Below are positions 57,327-64,000 of a DNA stretch of 64,000 bases, piece by piece. The stretch's first letter is position 1; each line of letters begins with the position of its first letter. A program made the position numbers and the translations under genes. The notes under the pieces were generated by a model. The model saw nothing but the letters and a program-made list of their open reading frames with translations. It did not search any database and was not told the origin of the DNA. This DNA comes from a virus, in IMG/VR virus record IMGVR_UViG_3300021376_002797, positions 1 through 64,000 of that record, one strand, 5' to 3'.

Positions 57327-59120
57327 ATGGCACAAGAAAAATATACGGTTTGGCAAAGGTTAGGTAGAGTGTTCGGTCCTAATTCAACAATGGACCAACA
57401 ACCACCTGTTTTTAAATTCGATAAAAAAGAATTATTAAAAACAACAAACAAGCAAGAATATGAAACTGAAAAATTACAGTCTCAACAAACAATGTACATT
57501 GGTAAGCAATGGCAAAAAGTAGAAAGTAATTTATATCAACAAGCGGTTTATTATGAACCAACAAGAATGGCGTCATATTATGATTATGAATCTATGGAGT
57601 ATACTCCTGAGATTTCTGCCGCTTTGGATGTATATGCTGAAGAATCGACTACACCTGACCAAGATGGTTATATTTTAAGAGTCTATTCAGAATCGAAAAG
57701 AATCAAACAAGTGTTAACAGATCTTTTTACAAATAAGTTAGATATAAACACTAATTTACCTATGTGGATAAGAAACACATGTAAATTCGGTGATAATTTT
57801 ATTTATTTAAAATTGGACCCTGAAAATGGTGTTGTAGGTTGTCAACAATTACCAAATATCCAAATAGAAAGATTGGAAAAGGGTATGAGATTCCAGCCCG
57901 ACAAGTATTCACAAGAAATGGAAAATGATGCGTTAAAATTTGTTTGGAAAGAAAAAAACATGGAATTCAACACATGGGAAATTGGCCATTTTAGAATTTT
58001 AGGTGACGATAGAAAATTACCATACGGAACTTCAATGTTAGAAAAAGCGAGACGTATTTGGAAACAATTACTTCTATGTGAAGATGCCATGTTAATATAT
58101 CGTTTATCGAGAGCACCTGAAAGAAGAGTTTTTAAAGTATTTGTTGGTAATATGGATGACAAAGATGTTGATGCATACGTACAAAAAGTTGCAAGTAAAT
58201 TTAAAAGAGACCAAATATTAGATTCAAAGACAGGTAATGTGGATATGAGATATAATCAAATGGCGGTTGACCAAGATTATTTTATTCCTGTTAGAGATCC
58301 AGCAGCATCAAATCCTATAGAAACATTGGCAGGTGCTGCAAACATGGCAGAAATTGCAGATATCGAATATATTCAAAAGAAATTAGTTACAGCATTAAGA
58401 ATACCTAAGGCTTATTTAGGTTTTGAAGAAGCGGTTGGTGATGGTAAAAATTTATCATTATTAGATATTAGATTTGCAAGAACAATTAATAGAATACAAA
58501 AATCTATGATTGCAGAATTAAATAAAATTGCAATTATACATTTATTTTTATTAGGATTTGAAGATGAATTAACAAACTTTACATTATCATTAAATAACCC
58601 ATCCAAACAAGGTGAATTATTGTCATTAGAGATTTGGAAAGAAAAAATAACACTATATAAAGATGCGACCGCAGAGATTGCAAAATCATTATCACCTGTT
58701 TCAGCATCTTGGGCTAAAAAACATATATTAGGATTTTCGGATGAAGAAATCAGATTAGATGTTCAACAACAAAGAGTCGAGCGAGCAGTTTATGCTGAGT
58801 TAGAAAAAACTGCAGAAGTTATTACAAAAACAGGTTTATTTGATAATATCGACAAACTTTATGGTAAAAAAGAGGGTGAACCTGCGGGAGATGCCGCCGC
58901 AGCAGGTGCACCACCTGAAGGAGGGGCACCACCACCACCTGAATCAGGAGAAGAAGCACCACCACCACCTGCAATGCCAACAGAAAGATTAGTTAGAAAA
59001 GATTTAGATTTATTATTAGAAGAAACCTTAATTAGTGGTTCTGACTACATGGATTTATCTAAAGGAAGACTATCTTTGGACTTAATTGATAAAAAATTGA
59101 AAGATTTAATCGATAAGTAA
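57327..59120 (+). CDS. Portal protein (T4 gp20-like)
   Basis: EDAMLIYRLSRAPERRVFKVFVGNM, DYFIPVR, DIRFARTINRIQ. Confidence 0.95.
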   Translation: MAQEKYTVWQRLGRVFGPNSTMDQQPPVFKFDKKELLKTTNKQEYETEKLQSQQTMYIGKQWQKVESNLYQQAVYYEPTRMASYYDYESMEYTPEISAALDVYAEESTTPDQDGYILRVYSESKRIKQVLTDLFTNKLDINTNLPMWIRNTCKFGDNFIYLKLDPENGVVGCQQLPNIQIERLEKGMRFQPDKYSQEMENDALKFVWKEKNMEFNTWEIGHFRILGDDRKLPYGTSMLEKARRIWKQLLLCEDAMLIYRLSRAPERRVFKVFVGNMDDKDVDAYVQKVASKFKRDQILDSKTGNVDMRYNQMAVDQDYFIPVRDPAASNPIETLAGAANMAEIADIEYIQKKLVTALRIPKAYLGFEEAVGDGKNLSLLDIRFARTINRIQKSMIAELNKIAIIHLFLLGFEDELTNFTLSLNNPSKQGELLSLEIWKEKITLYKDATAEIAKSLSPVSASWAKKHILGFSDEEIRLDVQQQRVERAVYAELEKTAEVITKTGLFDNIDKLYGKKEGEPAGDAAAAGAPPEGGAPPPPESGEEAPPPPAMPTERLVRKDLDLLLEETLISGSDYMDLSKGRLSLDLIDKKLKDLIDK

Positions 59121-59141
59121 TATTTATATATAAAAAATATT

Positions 59142-59873
59142 ATGAGTACTTTTGGGAACATCAAAACAAACATAGAAAATACTGCGGTAGAATTGGCTAA
59201 AAAATCAAGTTTTAAAAGATTTATTAGTGAATTCAATTGGTTAGTTTTAAAAAATAAAGACCTTTCTGAGTTATACTACATTTATGATGATTTATCATCT
59301 AAAAACGGAATATCGGAAGACATTGCAAATGAATACATCAATGAATCTATAGAATATTCACAAATATTAATAGAAAATCAAACAAGAAACATTAACCAAT
59401 TAAATCTTTGGATTAACTCTTGGAATGAATCAATAGAAAATAATTACTCAGACATAGACAATGCAATTTATAAAAATGGGATAAAAAATTTAGAGTCAAT
59501 TTTAGAATCCAAAAAAAATATTAAAAATATTATAACAAAAGAAGAAAAAATAAAAAACATTACTAAAAGTGTAAAAATACCAATTTCTTCTATGGTGAAA
59601 ATTGCTAACCAAAATTTAAAAAAGGAAGTTGAAAATTTAAATGAAAACGATAAAAAAGAATTACAAGAAGTTTTAAATTTAACTAACGAGGATTTAAAAG
59701 AAAATTTCAATAACTTGAAAAAAGTGGTGTTGGAAAATTTGAAAGGGTCTATTAACGAATCAACTGATAGTGATTTACAAAACACCATAAATGAAACAAT
59801 TAATAAGATTAAGGAATCTAAATGTAGTCATTATGATTATTATAAATTAAAAAAATTAAATTCAGGATTATGA
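59142..59873 (+). CDS. Hypothetical head-module protein
   Basis: TATTTATA at 59121. Confidence 0.75.
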   Translation: MSTFGNIKTNIENTAVELAKKSSFKRFISEFNWLVLKNKDLSELYYIYDDLSSKNGISEDIANEYINESIEYSQILIENQTRNINQLNLWINSWNESIENNYSDIDNAIYKNGIKNLESILESKKNIKNIITKEEKIKNITKSVKIPISSMVKIANQNLKKEVENLNENDKKELQEVLNLTNEDLKENFNNLKKVVLENLKGSINESTDSDLQNTINETINKIKESKCSHYDYYKLKKLNSGL

Positions 59874-60124
59874 TAAAATTTTTCAAATCATTACTCGGTT
59901 CGGGCACCCAAACACTTTCTTCAAAAAGATTTACAGGAATTATTTGTGTTATTTCGTTAGTTATTGCACTATTTGTTTCTATGTTTTCTGGAGGTAAATA
60001 TTGTGCTAACGACGGATTGGTTGAGGTAGTTGGTTTATTAGCATTCGGGTCTTTGGGATTAACCTCAACAGAGTCTATTTTTGGAAAAAAATACGACAGT
60101 GATAAAAATCAAGAATCCAATTGA
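59870..60124 (+). CDS. Small two-TM membrane protein (holin-like)
   Basis: SSKRF followed by two hydrophobic helices. Confidence 0.6.
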   Translation: MIKFFKSLLGSGTQTLSSKRFTGIICVISLVIALFVSMFSGGKYCANDGLVEVVGLLAFGSLGLTSTESIFGKKYDSDKNQESN

Positions 60125-60297
60125 TTCTTTTGTTTATATTTTGCTTTTTTAATCTGAGCCCTTCTTTTTACGGAGGGTTTTTTATATTCTTGTCTTTCTT
60201 GTAGTTTTTGAATTTGTTTAGTTTTATATATTTTAAATTTATATAACTTTAAGGCCTGCTCAATCGACTTTTCATTTTTTACTTCAACTATAATCAT
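60109..60297 (-). CDS. rpsU: Phage-encoded 30S ribosomal protein bS21
   Basis: MIIVEVKNEKSIEQALKLYKFK...ERQEYKKPSVKRR; TATTTATA upstream (60317-60324, minus strand). Confidence 0.9.
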   Translation of the reverse strand: MIIVEVKNEKSIEQALKLYKFKIYKTKQIQKLQERQEYKKPSVKRRAQIKKAKYKQKNQLDS

Positions 60298-60342
60298 AAA
60301 TTTTTTTGGTTTGAAATATAAATATAAGTAATTTTTCAAATT

Positions 60343-60373
60343 TTGACAACATATAAAAATTTTATTATAATTG
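60343..60373 (+). promoter_or_regulatory. Host-type promoter
   Basis: TTGACA-N17-TATAAT, which also reads as TTTG-N20-TATAATTG. Confidence 0.6.
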
Positions 60374-60403
60374 TAAAAAACATAAACTTGTAAGGTATGA
60401 AAA

Positions 60404-60853
60404 ATGAAAAAAGGAAAAACATCAAAATTAAACATTTTTGATGATGCAAAATGTCACTACGGAACAGTGGACTCAAAAGAATTAAGATCACTGTATATAG
60501 TATTACAAACATGGGTAGAACCAATAGTCGATGGGGAAAATTGGACAAAAATAACAGGATTAATTAAAAGACAAATTTTACACACATTATTGGAAGTCGT
60601 TGATTTTACAACTTTTGAAAAAAAACAAATAGTTGATTTAGATTTAAGAACAAGCGGAATCCAAAGAAACAAAAAAAGTTTTTTAAACTTAGAAATTACA
60701 TTATTTGTTCATAATAATAAAACAGATTTTAAATCACTAATTTTACGTTCAAAATTAAAAAAAATCATATCATCAGTATATCATGATGATTTAAAAAAAT
60801 CAAAGTATTTTACTTTAAGCCTTACAAAAAATAAAGAAACACAATTAATATAA
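60404..60853 (+). CDS. Hypothetical protein
   Basis: 149-aa ORF. Confidence 0.75.
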   Translation: MKKGKTSKLNIFDDAKCHYGTVDSKELRSLYIVLQTWVEPIVDGENWTKITGLIKRQILHTLLEVVDFTTFEKKQIVDLDLRTSGIQRNKKSFLNLEITLFVHNNKTDFKSLILRSKLKKIISSVYHDDLKKSKYFTLSLTKNKETQLI

Positions 60854-60873
60854 TATTTATCATAAAAAACATT

Positions 60874-61584
60874 ATGAAAATATTAGGACCAAATGATACA
60901 GGTAAGGGCATCCTTGTCGAATGGGATGCCGGAGTTATTAACCCACATGAATATAGAAACAGGCAAGTAATAAAAGAATCTTACGGTCAGTTAGACTATT
61001 CTAAACCCTTTGTTTTTTATGCAACTTTACAAAAATACGGTGTTCCAAATAGAAACGGGAGAATATACCCAAAAAAAATTCTTGAAAGGGAAGCAGAAAA
61101 ATATAAGGAAATGATTAATCGCGGTATGTCGATATCCGAACTTAACCACCCTGAATCTTCACTTATTGATTTAGATAGGGTTGCACATCTCATAACCGAC
61201 GTATGGTGGGAAGATAATATATTAATGGGTAAAATTAAATTATTAACTTCACCAGGCTTTCATGAAAGAGGTATTATTTCATCTAAAGGCGATGTTGCGG
61301 CAAATATGATGAGACAAGGTGTAACTATGGGGGTCTCTTCTCGTGGTGTCGGATCACTAGTCAAAAAAGGGGAACAAAATGAAGTTCAGGATGACTTTGA
61401 ATTGATTTGTTTTGACTTAGTTTCTTCTCCGTCAACACCTGGAGCATATCTTTATTTAAATAAAGAAGATAGACCAAAATATGAAGAAAAACTTACTGAG
61501 CACGAAAATATAGAAATTTCATCAAATCCTTTAGGTAAATCTGTTGACTTAATGAGAAGATTATCCGATTATTTGGATAAATAA
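60874..61584 (+). CDS. Prohead core protease (T4 gp21-like)
   Basis: NRNGRIYP, ELNHPE, GVSSRGVGS, FDLVSSPSTPGA. Confidence 0.93.
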   Translation: MKILGPNDTGKGILVEWDAGVINPHEYRNRQVIKESYGQLDYSKPFVFYATLQKYGVPNRNGRIYPKKILEREAEKYKEMINRGMSISELNHPESSLIDLDRVAHLITDVWWEDNILMGKIKLLTSPGFHERGIISSKGDVAANMMRQGVTMGVSSRGVGSLVKKGEQNEVQDDFELICFDLVSSPSTPGAYLYLNKEDRPKYEEKLTEHENIEISSNPLGKSVDLMRRLSDYLDK

Positions 61585-61596
61585 AAAAATTGAATT

Positions 61597-61806
61597 ATGG
61601 ATGAAAAATATTTTGTAGCAAGAGTAACAACCGATATGGTCGATGAAAACACAGGAAAAGTCAAAAAAATTAAAGAAGAAAAATTGGTTAGAGCCTTTTC
61701 ACCAACAGACGTTGAAGCAAAAATCACAAAGGCTTATGAAACTTACAAAATGGATTGGAGAATTACTGCGGTTGTAGAAAGTAAAATTGATGAAGTAATC
61801 GAATAA
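61597..61806 (+). CDS. Hypothetical protein (DUF4494-like)
   Basis: GKVKKIKEEKLVRAFSPTDVEAKI...ESKIDEV. Confidence 0.65.
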   Translation: MDEKYFVARVTTDMVDENTGKVKKIKEEKLVRAFSPTDVEAKITKAYETYKMDWRITAVVESKIDEVIE

Positions 61807-61837
61807 AAAAACTAAAAAAAATATAAATTGTTTTTCG

Positions 61838-61862
61838 AGGTGACCTTACAGTCACCTTTTTT
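61838..61862 (+). terminator. Intrinsic terminator
   Basis: AGGTGAC-cttaca-GTCACCT followed by a T tract. Confidence 0.75.
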
Positions 61863-61958
61863 ATTTTATTCTATTTTTTCTAAACCCCTAACTTTTTACA
61901 ACATTGATATATTTATTGATAAATAAACGATTAGCGTAATGCAAATTTATTGAAGAAC

Positions 61959-63485
61959 ATGGAAAATAGTAAATCGATAGTTGAAAACACTTTATTACAA
62001 ATTAAAGCGGTTGAAGATGCTATCAGCGAAAACGCAAAAGGAATACTTGCTTCAACAATGAAGGAAGAAATCAGCGAACTTGTAAGAGAATCATTAGGTT
62101 CTAAAAAAAGAAAAATTCGCGAACAAGAAGAAAACGAACCTGAAGCAGAAGTAGATGCTGAGGTTGAAACTGAAGAGGATCCGGAAGGAACAGAAGAACC
62201 TGAAGTTGATGTCGATGTCGATGTTGATGATGAGGGTGAAGAGCCTATGATGGGTCAAGAACCTGTGATGGGTGATAATGAGATGCCTCCGTTAGATATG
62301 ACATCTGCACCTATGAGTGACGTACTTAAAGTATTTAAAGCGATGGGTGATCAAGATGGTATTATTGTTGCCAAAGATGAAGACGATTTTTATCTTAAAG
62401 ATGGTGAAAATGAATATATTATAAGAACGGGAGCCGATGAAACAAATACTCAAACACAAATGGGACAAACGATGGCAGAGAGTGTTTTGTATGAATTAGT
62501 TTTGAATGAAGATTCAGTACCTCAAGCAGATTTTAATGAAGATTTAGATACGTTTGGAAGTGATTTTGAAAATTTAGAAACTCACATAGAAGAAGACGAT
62601 TCAATTTATGAATTAAATTTTAATGAGGGTGAAACTTACGAAGAAGTAGATGGCGTTTCTTGGTACGAGGATTTAGGCGAAGAAGAATACAACGAACAAA
62701 AACGAGATTCTATGATGTCTGAACAACCTAATGTTCCACCTACATACGAAGTCGATATGGACGAATTAGCAAATGTAATGGAATCGTTCAAGGATAAAGG
62801 AATTGGGGTGGGTAAAGCTAAATTTTCTTACGAAAAACAAAAGGGAGGTTTTAAAGAAGACAAAAAATATGCTGGAAAAACATCATCTAAAGGTCCTAAA
62901 TTTAATTACCCTAAAATCAAACATGGAGTTACTGAAACTGAAATGGATGAGGAGGAATTCGAAGGATGGGACAGAGAAGAAAACGAGGGTATGATGATGG
63001 AACCTAAAGAAGCATCAAGAACTATGACATATAGAAGGAGAGCTGAAAGAGGTAGAGTGACCGCACCTAAACAAGTAAGAAAAGAGTCAGTAGATGTTGA
63101 ATTAAATTTATTGAGAGAGAAAAATGAAGAATATAAAAAGGCTTTAGATTTCTTTAGAACTAAATTAAATGAAGTTGCGGTCTTTAATTCAAACTTAGCA
63201 TATTCCACAAGATTGTTCACAGAACATTCAACTACAAAACAAGAAAAAATAAATATTTTAAGAAGATTTGACGGAGTTGAGTCTTTGAAAGAATCAAAAA
63301 ACCTTTACCAATCAATTAAAAAAGAATTAGATGGAAATACTAATGTTGGTGTTGTGACTGAATCTATACAGAGAAAAGTTGTTAAAACACCACAAACAGG
63401 TTCCGCAGCTAATTTAATTGAAAGTAAAACTTATGAGAATCCACAATTCTTGAGAATGAAGGATTTGATGACAAAAATTAAATAA
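61959..63485 (+). CDS. Prohead scaffold/core protein (T4 gp22-like position)
   Basis: Acidic and coiled-coil; lies between protease and capsid genes. Confidence 0.75.
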   Translation: MENSKSIVENTLLQIKAVEDAISENAKGILASTMKEEISELVRESLGSKKRKIREQEENEPEAEVDAEVETEEDPEGTEEPEVDVDVDVDDEGEEPMMGQEPVMGDNEMPPLDMTSAPMSDVLKVFKAMGDQDGIIVAKDEDDFYLKDGENEYIIRTGADETNTQTQMGQTMAESVLYELVLNEDSVPQADFNEDLDTFGSDFENLETHIEEDDSIYELNFNEGETYEEVDGVSWYEDLGEEEYNEQKRDSMMSEQPNVPPTYEVDMDELANVMESFKDKGIGVGKAKFSYEKQKGGFKEDKKYAGKTSSKGPKFNYPKIKHGVTETEMDEEEFEGWDREENEGMMMEPKEASRTMTYRRRAERGRVTAPKQVRKESVDVELNLLREKNEEYKKALDFFRTKLNEVAVFNSNLAYSTRLFTEHSTTKQEKINILRRFDGVESLKESKNLYQSIKKELDGNTNVGVVTESIQRKVVKTPQTGSAANLIESKTYENPQFLRMKDLMTKIK

Positions 63486-63560
63486 AAATAAACTTTTTTA
63501 AAAAACTGTATATTTATATACATAAAATAAAAAAAATAAACTCTAATTAAAAATAAAAAA

Positions 63561-64000
63561 ATGGGAGCATTATTAGAATCAGGTCTTGTTGGTAACATAG
63601 GTTTGAAACACCTTAAAGTTATCAAAGAAGATACAATTAACAAATGGGATAGATTAGGATTCCTAGACGGTCTTAAAGGACACGTTAAAGAGAACATGGC
63701 ACAATTATATGAAAATCAAGCATCTCACCTAATTAACGAAGCGGCTGCGACTGATAGCTCAGGTTCATTTGAAACTGTAGTTTTCCCAATCGTAAGACGC
63801 GTATTTTCTAAATTATTGGCTAATGATTTAGTATCAGTACAAGCAATGAACTTACCTATCGGTAAATTGTTCTACTTCGTACCTAAAATTCAAAGTTATC
63901 AAGCGGCAGGATCAAACTCTATTGATCATTATCCACCAATCGGCGGACCAACTTCTCCAAATTCAGATCCTACTCAAGGGTACACTGACGGAAGTAAAAA
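63561..64000 (+). CDS. Major capsid protein (T4 gp23-like), 5' part
   Basis: MGALLESG...KW..LGFL...LYENQ...FPIVRRVF...VSVQAMNLPIGKLFY; runs off the window end. Confidence 0.93.
   Translation, partial: MGALLESGLVGNIGLKHLKVIKEDTINKWDRLGFLDGLKGHVKENMAQLYENQASHLINEAAATDSSGSFETVVFPIVRRVFSKLLANDLVSVQAMNLPIGKLFYFVPKIQSYQAAGSNSIDHYPPIGGPTSPNSDPTQGYTDGSK

Noticed and set aside
60298-60435. N-terminal extension of the bS21 ORF
   Set aside because: Similarity to bS21 begins at ATG 60297; the extension spans promoter sequence
1-64000. Alternative genetic code (TAG or TGA recoding)
   Set aside because: Core genes are intact in code 11, and TAA, TAG and TGA all end genes at sensible boundaries

Overview
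This window is a very AT-rich segment of a large T4-like (jumbo) tailed phage in standard genetic code. The host is probably Bacteroidota, based on TTTG-N19/20-TAnnTTTG promoters, A-rich translation starts without Shine-Dalgarno sites, and a G-starting tmRNA tag. The right end is the head morphogenesis module: terminase large subunit, portal, prohead protease, scaffold and the 5' part of the major capsid gene, with a phage ribosomal protein bS21 gene inserted antisense. The left ~28 kb holds mostly hypothetical genes, many preceded by a TATTTAT(A) motif and beginning with a few shared N-terminal leader families, plus UvrC-like, FKBP PPIase, PAP2 phosphatase, ferritin-like and peptidoglycan-active genes. 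The 28-40 kb region holds fibre genes, including a Gly-Thr/Ser-Ser collagen-like protein, next to a repeat-flanked glycosyltransferase/methyltransferase cassette with a TibC/AAH-like O-heptosyltransferase. The 40-52 kb region holds a tmRNA, a peptidase, convergent pairs of leader-bearing and secreted-protein genes, and a tandem-UVR protein. The top finding lies here: a ClpC-like AAA+ unfoldase encoded in two genes joined by an atypically split intein (24-aa IntN, 133-aa IntC) in the middle of the first Walker A motif. All family calls come from reading motifs; no database searches were run.
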